From IMG/VR virus record IMGVR_UViG_3300005573_000052: a stretch of 64,000 nucleotides of DNA; one strand, 5' to 3'. A model generated the notes under the pieces. That model saw nothing but the letters and a program-made list of their open reading frames with translations, was not told where the DNA came from and made no database searches. The position numbers were made by a program, and so were the translations under genes. The DNA comes from a virus. Below, in pieces: positions 9,409 through 17,015 of this stretch; the first letter of the stretch is position 1, and each line of letters opens with the position of its first letter.

Positions 9409-9626
9409 CTGAAGAAAAGCCCTTGAGGGCCGCAGTAATCGCCTCGCGCTTGGTGGATGAGCAGTCCGTAGCCGGCGGCGAAATCAACCTCGCCATCCTC
9501 AAAGCTACGCATCTCGCGCATACATTTTCCCTTGAGGTAATGGGTGCAGTCAACGCACAGCCGAACCAACTCTCCACTGCCAACGCGATTGCGCGGCTTT
9601 TTTGGTTTAGTAGGTGACTTATTCAT
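9357..9626 (-). CDS. cassette 4 Cys-rich hypothetical protein (89 aa)
   Basis: CVDCTHY...C...CG; ATG in attC E; ends NASDQPR...SL inside attC D. Confidence 0.65.
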   Translation of the reverse strand: MNKSPTKPKKPRNRVGSGELVRLCVDCTHYLKGKCMREMRSFEDGEVDFAAGYGLLIHQARGDYCGPQGLFFRPNASDQPRPTGKGQSL

Positions 9627-9652
9627 CGCGTGGCAGATTTCGGACGTTCGAC
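9560..9652 (+). repeat. attC-like site E
   Basis: GCCGAAC-10-CTGCCA(A)CGCGAT ... ATCGCGTGGCAG-9-GTTCGAC. Confidence 0.8.
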
Positions 9653-9777
9653 AAAGAAGGCTCCAGTTCTTGGAGCGCTTGCTCTGGAGTTGGAGTAAAA
9701 CGGTCCAAGCCCATTGGCTCAGCAGAGACCATGGGTGAAACCGTAAAGCCCAAGGGGGTTGAGAGGGAGTCTTTCAT
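9619..9777 (-). CDS. leader ORF (52 aa) reading into the cassette array
   Basis: ATG 9 nt after promoter 9787-9816; stop just past the cassette 4 ATG. Confidence 0.5.
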   Translation of the reverse strand: MKDSLSTPLGFTVSPMVSAEPMGLDRFTPTPEQALQELEPSLSNVRNLPRDE

Positions 9778-9786
9778 ATCGCCCCT

Positions 9787-9816
9787 ACCCTAGCCCATTT
9801 GAGGCGCGCCTGTCAA
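9787..9816 (-). promoter_or_regulatory. sigma70-like promoter upstream of the cassette array
   Basis: TTTCGCGC-TTGACA-18-TAGGGT. Confidence 0.75.
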
Positions 9817-9838
9817 GCGCGAAAATGCGCCTTCTGCC

Positions 9839-10390
9839 TCATTCCAACTCTGATCGCAACATCCACAGGTCCTTGTCGATGGCCCGGAGATAGCCAATCG
9901 TCATGTCTTGGGTCTGCAAATCGCCCGCCGCCGTGCACGCCGCCTGCAAGATGAGCAAATTGGTCTTGACCTGCTCCAGTGCGTCCAACACGCCCGCGAT
10001 CCAGTCGTTCGCGCTGTATGGCGGTATCATCACGGGGAAATTCGCCATGGTTTTGAAGGCCGATAAATCAGCCGGGGCATACATGCCCAGTTGGCGGAGG
10101 CGTTCGGCCAGCTCGTCTACCCGGACAAAGGAATCCTCATACAGATGACCGAACTGCTTGTGCAAGGACCTGAAACTCAGGGTCTTGTCAAGGTTCCAGT
10201 GTGCATTCTGGGCGAAGGCCGCGAAGGAGTAGGAATCGGCGAGACACTGGATAAGGCCGCGCAGCACGTCTTCGCTGGCCCCGGCCAGAGCCTGCTCGGG
10301 GTCCTGAATGACGATGCGGTTGGCGAGGACCGAGTAGGAGGCAAAAGAGGTGTGCTTAGGAGCCGTGGGGGCGGAGACGGGAGTGGACAT
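9839..10390 (-). CDS. dps: Dps / ferritin-like DNA-protection protein
   Basis: AHWNL..TLSFRSLHKQFGHLYE...VDELAERL ferroxidase signature; probable start 10390. Confidence 0.85.
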   Translation of the reverse strand: MSTPVSAPTAPKHTSFASYSVLANRIVIQDPEQALAGASEDVLRGLIQCLADSYSFAAFAQNAHWNLDKTLSFRSLHKQFGHLYEDSFVRVDELAERLRQLGMYAPADLSAFKTMANFPVMIPPYSANDWIAGVLDALEQVKTNLLILQAACTAAGDLQTQDMTIGYLRAIDKDLWMLRSELE

Positions 10391-10472
10391 GGCGGAAGGG
10401 GTGGAGAGAGATGGGGGGATTAGATGGATAGGATATACCCTGCTACCCCCTAATACACCCGTCCATATAGTC

Positions 10473-10649
10473 CTAATCCCGGCGTTCCCGGTTAACAACC
10501 CACCAAAGCAGCGCGAAAGCCCAGATAACCGGGCCATAGACCCACACGGGACACCACTTGGGGGCGGTCCGGGGTGCCACAGCGCGCCAAAAACCGATGA
10601 GAGACCACAGGAGCAGAACTAGGGCGATGTAGGGGAGGTAGGTGGTCAT
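10473..10649 (-). CDS. small two-helix membrane protein (58 aa, not in ORF track)
   Basis: MTTYLPYIALVLLLWSLIGFW...VIWAFALLWWVV; TAATG overlap. Confidence 0.6.
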   Translation of the reverse strand: MTTYLPYIALVLLLWSLIGFWRAVAPRTAPKWCPVWVYGPVIWAFALLWWVVNRERRD

Positions 10650-11563
10650 TATGAGGGCTCTCCGCCTGTCTCGTCCCGCATGACGCTGGTAAGTGCCTTC
10701 CCGATGACCTTCCCACTCGCCTCGGTTACCGTCTTAGTCGTCTCCATCGCCTCCTTGAGTTGCGCCCACGCCTTCTCCGCCGCCGCCTTGGGGTCAATCC
10801 CCGCCGCGCGCAAATCCGCGTCAATCTGTTCCGGGGTCTTGGCATCCACCTCGCGCCAAATCTGCTCGGCCTCGATGTGGAACGACAGGTCCCAGATGAT
10901 GGAGACGAGGTCGGAGATTAGGTTAGAGACCGAGTAGTTGGGGTTGGCGGCGCGACGGCGGGCAAAAACCTCGCGGGGTGACTGCGTCTCGTCAATGTCG
11001 GCGAGAATGGCTAGATGGCCCGGGTCATCCAGAATGCCGGTGCCCTCAAACCGTGCGATGAACTGAGCGCGGGCTTGGGCGAGACGGGCGACATCGTCTG
11101 CCGGGGGTGTCGCAGGAGTGGTAGTGGGAGTAGGATCGGTCATGGGAAAAGGGGATTAGCTGGAGGACCCGTTAAGATTTCCGTCCATCTTAGAAGTGGA
11201 GTCCGGGAAAAGAGGCGGGTGAGGACGATTGGTATAGGCCGAGTCGGATGGGATATTGAAGAACCCGATCCGTTGCCCCATCGCCGCCTCCTCATCTGTC
11301 AACCCATCATACGCCCGTCCGCCCGCGTCGCGCGCCCAGATGGTGCCATCGTTCGTGGGGTTGAGCTTGACGCCCAGTTTGAGGAGGGTGCGGGTGTGAT
11401 CGTTGAAGAGGCTGGTGACGTAGCTCTGCCGTCCATTGGCGTAACGGCGAGCCATCCAATGGAGGTCTTGGGCGATACAGCGCAGGGCATCGTTCTCGGC
11501 ACGGAGGGCGGATAACTCCTTGGTCAGTGCGGTGCGAGATGGGGCGGGAGACTTGGTCGGCAT
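10649..11563 (-). CDS. two hypothetical CDSs (10649..11143, 11156..11563)
   Basis: ORF track; downstream of promoter 11583-11612. Confidence 0.6.
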
Positions 11564-11582
11564 AGTAGTGGCGATAGACAGA

Positions 11583-11612
11583 ACCCTAGCACAGTTGCCC
11601 CGGTCGTGTCAA
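11583..11612 (-). promoter_or_regulatory. sigma70-like promoter
   Basis: TTGACA-18-TAGGGT; TGA is the stop of 11609..11935. Confidence 0.7.
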
Positions 11613-12798
11613 GCCTGTTCCGCCGCAACCAGTGCCGCGAATTTGGCCTTGGCGCGGGGCAAATCGTCCGCCGGGTAGGTCCATCCGTGCGTTCCCCACT
11701 CAGAATTGCTCGGCCCCACCTCCCGCCGTGGCACATCCTTGCCCATGATGGTCGTGGCTTCGGCTACCCGGATGCGGATAACCTCGTAAGCCAGACATCC
11801 CGCGCCCGGGCGCAACCGCTGCTTGAACAGGGCTACATTGCCCTCGCGCATCACCAGCTCGTAGTGAAACCCGTTCTTGGTGAAGGTGGTGCCGAGGGGG
11901 CGGGCGGGGATGGGGGTAGCGAGGGGAGCGATCACAAAATAAGGGGAGGTAGAGTTAAGTGTTCAACCGTCCCATCAGCCGCTTATCCAGCACCGTCACC
12001 ATGTCTTGGCTGAGCCCCAACAGCACGATCAGCTCGGCGAACGAGTCGTAGGGCACCGGTTCGGCGGTCGGGGTGTTGGAGATAGAATCACCTAGGCGGG
12101 TAAACTGGCCTGACGAGTTGGTGTGGGCGATGCCGGGTTGGCTATAGAGCGTGCCCTCAATGAACAACGCGTCAACCGTCAGCTCGCCCGGCACGAACAG
12201 CATCCCGAACGAGCGCGGGTGATAGCGGCGGTCAGGTGGCACGGGCGTGAATTCGGTGGACATGGCAACTGGCCTCCTCAGTGGATATAACCCAGCGCAT
12301 ACCACTCGTCGTAGCAGTGGGGAGCCCGGAAACGGAGGGGAGAGCTATCCAGTGCTTGGGTATCGGGTGGAGCTGGGCCGAGGCCAGACGCGCCGGTTGC
12401 CGTAGCCCGCATTCCAGTAACTCTTTACCGCCAGCCAGCGCGCCTTGGGGGCGGACTCGGCAAAAGCGACGCACGTCATGTCGCCGATGGAGACCTTGAA
12501 GGCGAACAGCGGAGGCTGGGTATCTGCCGGAAGGTCGGGAGGAGGAAGGAGGGGGTCGTTGCTCACGGATAGAGTCTCACCAGAACTTGACGACGAAGTG
12601 GGCTACGACGTAGCCGAGACCGGCAAGGAGAGCTACCTGTGCAAGAATGGCGAGAAGGACGAAGCTAGAGAATAGACTTGGAAGCTTGAACTTGGAGGGA
12701 CGGGAAGAGATGGGGTCCATGGAGAAAAAAAGGCGGGAACAGAAACAGGAGAGAAAATTGGGGCGTTGGGCTTCCGAGGAAGCAATCACGGGAATCAC
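11609..12798 (-). CDS. four small hypothetical CDSs (11609..11935, 11955..12305, 12345..12566, 12577..12798)
   Basis: ORF track; the last has a C-terminal transmembrane helix; starts uncertain. Confidence 0.55.
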
Positions 12799-12918
12799 GC
12801 CCCGAACCCGGTATATGCCAATCTACTTACCCAGTAGTCGGGCAAAGTGGTTGGTTGGACAAGCTGGCGATTCGCGCGGGTGAACAAGGTCACACCCAAG
12901 CAGAACCGCACAGTGCTA

Positions 12919-13017
12919 TCACTGGTTACCAGCGGGAGCGGCAGCCTCGACCTTGGCGGTCTTGGCCTTGGTCGCTTTCGCGGACTTCGTGGTCTTGGTG
13001 GATTTGGATTTGGCCAT
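12919..13017 (-). CDS. Lys/Thr/Ala-rich histone-H1-like micro-protein (32 aa)
   Basis: MAKSKSTKTTKSAKATKAKTAKVEAAAPAGNQ; TGATAG double stop; GC3-rich codons; own promoter. Confidence 0.65.
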   Translation of the reverse strand: MAKSKSTKTTKSAKATKAKTAKVEAAAPAGNQ

Positions 13018-13067
13018 GGGATGGTGTGGGTTGAGTTAGCTAGATGACTAGCGAGGTAACAAGGGAG

Positions 13068-13097
13068 ATAATAGCGCGGTTGGGGCGGGAGTGTCAA
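13068..13097 (-). promoter_or_regulatory. sigma70-like promoter
   Basis: TTGACA-18-TATTAT. Confidence 0.75.
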
Positions 13098-13100
13098 GCC

Positions 13101-13457
13101 TCAATCCGCCACGAGACGCAATTCCTCGGGCGTATATTCGACCTGCCTGAGGGACTCATAATCACCCGGCGGAAACGTGATAGGGGAATGCTCTTGGTGG
13201 GTGAGGGTGGAGCCTTGGGGGGAGATGACGCGAATTGCGTCCGCCACGATTGCCTGTTCATCATCCGCAAAGGCTACCGCGCCGCCATCGGTAAAGGTGT
13301 GGTGATGACCGGTTTTCTCGCCAAGGGCCAGCGTGGGCGATTTGATTTGGCGGGAGGTGGAGGACGGAATAGAGTCAATGCGACGCAGAAGCGTGTCGCC
13401 CTGACGGGCATGGGAGCCGAGGACGGTTAGGGGGAGGGCATTTGGATGGATGTTCAT
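13101..13457 (-). CDS. conserved phage protein (RQGD...LA.GE.TGH.H family, usual neighbour of DUF6745)
   Basis: ARQGDTLL, LALGEKTGHHH, LTHQEH..I, RQVEY. Confidence 0.75.
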   Translation of the reverse strand: MNIHPNALPLTVLGSHARQGDTLLRRIDSIPSSTSRQIKSPTLALGEKTGHHHTFTDGGAVAFADDEQAIVADAIRVISPQGSTLTHQEHSPITFPPGDYESLRQVEYTPEELRLVAD

Positions 13458-13492
13458 GATGGGGGTAGGAGGAGTGGTAATAGATCAGGAGT

Positions 13493-13522
13493 ATAGTAGC
13501 CAGTTTAAGCCTCAAATGTCAA
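13493..13522 (-). promoter_or_regulatory. sigma70-like promoter
   Basis: TTGACA-18-TACTAT; TGA is the stop of 13519..14541. Confidence 0.65.
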
Positions 13523-14541
13523 GACTCAAATGCGGGACAGTAGTCGCGATGATCAGCAAAGGCCAGTTTGCCATCTTTGGTCCGCCAAGTGGATGCAACT
13601 GCCTGCCACGCCGTGCTAACGCCGCCATAAGCCTTGGGGTCAACGCGGATGAAGTAGTCCTTGAAGGACCCGTCTGGCTCGGGTGTGCTATTGACCACCT
13701 TGACCACCACGAGGTCCTCGTCGCCGGGCAGAGACTTGCGGTATAGAGTGCCCCAGTCGTCGCTTTGCACGGGCTTGAGCCCGGATTTCATGATATACCG
13801 CTCCTGTCCATACGACTCAAGCATGACGCGGCGAACCTCGGCATTGGATTGAGCGTCAATGTCACGCCAGTCGAACTGCTTGAACACGATGTCTTCGGTG
13901 ACTTGGACGCCCTTGAGGAAGTAGTATTGGGCGGGGCTATCGGGCCATGACACGGCGGGGCCAGTTTCGCAGTGCAGGCGGTTGTCCTTGATGGATAGAG
14001 AGGGAGATGCGCAGCAGACCACCTCGCGCCCGGTCACCCAATAGAGCCAGAGCCCTGCATCTCGGGCCTTGAGAAAAGGCAACCAGATACCTGCATACTT
14101 AATTGCCTCGGGTTTGGATGAACAATTAAACCATGCTGCGGACCGTGCTGCGGACCGTGCTGCGGACCATGCTGCGGACCATGCTGCGGACTCTGCTGCG
14201 GACTCTGCTGCGGACCGTGCTGCGGACTCTGCTGCGGACCATGCTGCGGACCGTGCTGCGGACTCTGCTGCGGACCATGCTGCGGACTCTGCTGCGGACC
14301 GTGCTGCGGACCGTGCTGCGGACCATGCTGCGGACCGTGCTAACTTAGTGGCATAGGCGTATCCAGCTTGGGCGTCTTCTACCCATTTGATGGGCAACGG
14401 GTCCATCCCTAGCGCCGCGAAATGCTCGGCGAAACACTGCTCAATGACAGCCTTGTCGCAACGGTGCTCGTGTTTAGGGATGCGAGCGAGCGCGTCGATG
14501 ATCTCTTGGGTCTTGGTGGTGAAAATGGGTTTGGTTGACAT
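13519..14541 (-). CDS. DUF6745-like protein with SAAx tetrapeptide repeat
   Basis: RLHCETGPAVSWPD, YFLKGVQV, NAEVRRVMLE.YG, VKVVNSTPEPDG..KDY.I.V. Confidence 0.75.
   Translation of the reverse strand: MSTKPIFTTKTQEIIDALARIPKHEHRCDKAVIEQCFAEHFAALGMDPLPIKWVEDAQAGYAYATKLARSAAWSAARSAARSAAESAAWSAAESAARSAAWSAAESAARSAAESAAESAAWSAAWSAARSAARSAAWFNCSSKPEAIKYAGIWLPFLKARDAGLWLYWVTGREVVCCASPSLSIKDNRLHCETGPAVSWPDSPAQYYFLKGVQVTEDIVFKQFDWRDIDAQSNAEVRRVMLESYGQERYIMKSGLKPVQSDDWGTLYRKSLPGDEDLVVVKVVNSTPEPDGSFKDYFIRVDPKAYGGVSTAWQAVASTWRTKDGKLAFADHRDYCPAFES
14131..14340 (-). repeat. 12-bp tandem repeat, 17 full units plus a partial, TCCGCAGCA(TGG/CGG/GAG)
   Basis: 9 invariant bases plus one variable codon (W, R or E). 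Confidence 0.95.
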
Positions 14542-14548
14542 GAGGAAA

Positions 14549-14578
14549 AGACTAGCAGAGCGAGGGCGGCGGTGTCAA
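14549..14578 (-). promoter_or_regulatory. sigma70-like promoter, probably leaderless
   Basis: TTGACA-18-TAGTCT-7-ATG. Confidence 0.75.
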
Positions 14579-14587
14579 GCCCCAATT

Positions 14588-15486
14588 TCAGGGCTTGTCA
14601 ATCAGGTCAGCAAGAGTGAGAGGACAAAACTGCCCGGCCTTGCGCGCCGCCAGAGCCCGCGACAAGGCAATACGGATGCCCTCGCGCCGGTTGAACTGGT
14701 CCTCAATACTGCAATTGGCGATGCCAGTGTAGGTCTGGCCATCGGGGAATAGCAGAGAGACTTCGGTCTTACCTCCACGAGAGCTGATTGCCTCGTAATC
14801 ACGCCGATTGACTCGGGTAACGGGGAAAAGAGAGTGGGTTAACGAACCGTCTTTCTCTGCCTCTAGCTTGTAGGCGTAACGCGAGTGAGAAATTCTCGCC
14901 TTGACACCCGCGCGGCGCAGATGGGGAAGGATGGTTTTGGTGACGGGGAGGGGAGTGCTCATGGGAAAAGGGGATCAGTTGAGATACTCGCGTTTGATAG
15001 TCTCGGAACCGGTCAGTCGGTCAATGACACGATACTCGATCCAATCTCGCTGATATATCTTGGTCTCACCAACGGTCAATCCTTTCTGGGTAAACGTCTT
15101 GCTCCATTTCTCCTCCCCCCGATCATGAATGACCTTGCGATACCGGTTGAACCAGCGGTCCCAGAGGGACAGTTTTTCGGGGGCGGGCAGAACAGGGGAC
15201 GTAGAGGAGGTTTGCATGGAAAAAATCAAAAAGGCCGGTTAGGGTCGTTGAGAATCAGCGGTTCGTCGCTGCCAACGGGGCACCGAATAGAATCAAGCAT
15301 TAGGGCGCAAAAGTGATAGGAACTAGCAACCCCCTCGGCTTTGGCGCGAGAAGCCTCATCACGACCCAAATCATTGCTCCGCATCGTCGGCGCAATCGCC
15401 ATCCCGCGAAACATGGCGGCGAGAGCCTTGTAGTCCTGTGAGCCAGCAGCAGGGATGGGGTAGCCGTGGATGGGGTCGGTTTGCAT
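14588..15486 (-). CDS. three hypothetical CDSs (14588..14962, 14975..15229, 15226..15486)
   Basis: the first has the phage motif A.CS.ED.F.R..G..IAL.RAL. Confidence 0.6.
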
Positions 15487-15501
15487 GGGAAATTAAACAG
15501 G

Positions 15502-15780
15502 TCAATCCAATCGCACCGTGAATCCGTGGTCTGCGCCCGAGGTAACCGCGCCGGTCACGGTGGACCCATTCAGGGCTTTGGCAGAGAAGCCGGTGGAGAA
15601 CACGTCGCCGTTGCTCCCCATGAACGGACGCCAGCCCGTGATGGTGATGTTGGTGTAGCCTTGGGCCGAGAGGACTCGGGTGGTATCATCGGGCTGGGTG
15701 CAACCAGACGGAAACAGGTAGAGCAGTCCGGCGATGAAAAGGACGAGGAGGATGTAGGGAATGGCGCGACGAGGATTCAT
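15502..15780 (-). CDS. conserved phage membrane/lipoprotein
   Basis: signal-like N-terminus ending SGC; VL..QGYTNI.ITG..F...D.FSTGF.A....G..V.G.V. Confidence 0.7.
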   Translation of the reverse strand: MNPRRAIPYILLVLFIAGLLYLFPSGCTQPDDTTRVLSAQGYTNITITGWRPFMGSNGDVFSTGFSAKALNGSTVTGAVTSGADHGFTVRLD

Positions 15781-15788
15781 GGGAGAGC

Positions 15789-15818
15789 AGGATAGCCGAA
15801 TTGGCGTGGTAGTGTCAA
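15789..15818 (-). promoter_or_regulatory. sigma70-like promoter
   Basis: TTGACA-18-TATCCT-8-ATG. Confidence 0.75.
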
Positions 15819-15836
15819 GCGTGAAATCGGCGCGAC

Positions 15837-16931
15837 TCAAACAAACTTGCCGCCCGCGAGGCGCAAGGCATAGTGCTGGTCCCAGCAAAGCTCTCGATAC
15901 TCTCCCTCAAAATCCAGCCCAATCCGCCCCCAGAACCGCCCCAGTTCGCGCCGCGCAAAGGCCGCGTCCGTGCTAAGGCGTCGGTAATAACCGGGGGTCA
16001 GCGTAAACGGGCTTGAATCACCCTCCCTCAATCCGTCCATCATTTCCGCATTCACCCGGTCCTTCCAGTAGGAGACCCAGTGAGTAAGAAACTTGATTTG
16101 GAGATGGAGTTGGTCTGGCGTCCTCGGCATGTCGAAGAACCGGAACTCGTAGGTGGGATAGACAGTCTTGCCCGTATACGCGAACCGCTGTTGGATGCCG
16201 AGGGAGCCAAACGCCTGACCAACCATGACCGACATGACGGTGTCCGCCCGTGTCTTGGCCTTGGCTATTTCGGTGCGCCATGACCGGACAGCCTTCTCCG
16301 ACCCCACCGCACAGGTGCTGTTGGTGTCATCGAACCACTGGGCGAAAGCCCAGCGAATAAACGGGTGGTTGGCATAGTCGAGACACAGGAAGGCTTCGAG
16401 GTAGTAGAGGGAGAGTAAAAACGTGCTGCCGGAGGGGGCGAGAGAAGAGAGGTCAAGATGAAAATGATTGGCCCCAGTCGGAGATTCCAGCACTGTGCCA
16501 TCGCGCTTGCGGGTCAAAATGCACGGATGGAGGCGTAGCTCCTCGGCTACGGAGTAGACTAGGGCAACCCGGTCCCGGTGATAATCAGACCACGAGTCCA
16601 ACGCCCCCTTAAGCACCCCATTGACCTCGATGCACCATGAGTCAAAGGCCTGACCACACTGGGTGGACCGGAAGGGGTCGGCTTTGGCCGTGAAGGGGAT
16701 GGCAGTATCGCCGGGGAACTGGTCATGGAATCGCTTGGTTAGCAACTGGTTGAATCGCGTGGCGTAGGTCTCGGCCACCGCCTTGTCGCGCCATTCGTGG
16801 TAGCGCGCGCCCCGGATGCGCGGGATGAAGGTGAGTTCGAGACCGAGTGAAAGGCTGTGGGGGACCAACGGGGTGATCTTGGGCGGCTTGACCGACTGGC
16901 GGCGCGGACGGGTGGATGGGGAAGATGACAT
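15837..16931 (-). CDS. putative amidoligase (glutamate-cysteine ligase fold)
   Basis: LGLELT, CIEVN, TGANHFHLD, TYEFRFFD. Confidence 0.55.
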   Translation of the reverse strand: MSSSPSTRPRRQSVKPPKITPLVPHSLSLGLELTFIPRIRGARYHEWRDKAVAETYATRFNQLLTKRFHDQFPGDTAIPFTAKADPFRSTQCGQAFDSWCIEVNGVLKGALDSWSDYHRDRVALVYSVAEELRLHPCILTRKRDGTVLESPTGANHFHLDLSSLAPSGSTFLLSLYYLEAFLCLDYANHPFIRWAFAQWFDDTNSTCAVGSEKAVRSWRTEIAKAKTRADTVMSVMVGQAFGSLGIQQRFAYTGKTVYPTYEFRFFDMPRTPDQLHLQIKFLTHWVSYWKDRVNAEMMDGLREGDSSPFTLTPGYYRRLSTDAAFARRELGRFWGRIGLDFEGEYRELCWDQHYALRLAGGKFV

Positions 16932-16938
16932 GGGTGGT

Positions 16939-16968
16939 AGCGTAGCACGGACGAGGAACTGGTGTCAA
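16939..16968 (-). promoter_or_regulatory. sigma70-like promoter, probably leaderless
   Basis: TTGACA-18-TACGCT-7-ATG. Confidence 0.75.
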
Positions 16969-17015
16969 GCCCTATCATTACTTAGGCCCAAAGAAAAAAG
17001 AGGGACGCTGTTAAC

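Larger units (their letters stand above)
8454..9652. mobile_element. array of four integron-type gene cassettes, no integrase in window (CALIN-like): 8455-8733, 8734-8974, 8975-9402, 9403-9646
   Basis: four attC-like hairpins; each cassette's start heptamer is the exact reverse complement of its own R'' box. Confidence 0.8.

Noticed and set aside
8454-9652. Terminators or REP elements as the explanation for the hairpins
   Set aside because: They have no U-tracts and contain start codons, and the cassette-start/R'' complementarity and conserved unpaired base are not expected of terminators or REPs.
14131-14340. CRISPR array or DGR variable region
   Set aside because: The units are 12 bp and in frame, with only a 3-nt variable part. 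There are no spacers, no reverse transcriptase and no adenine-specific template/variable pair.
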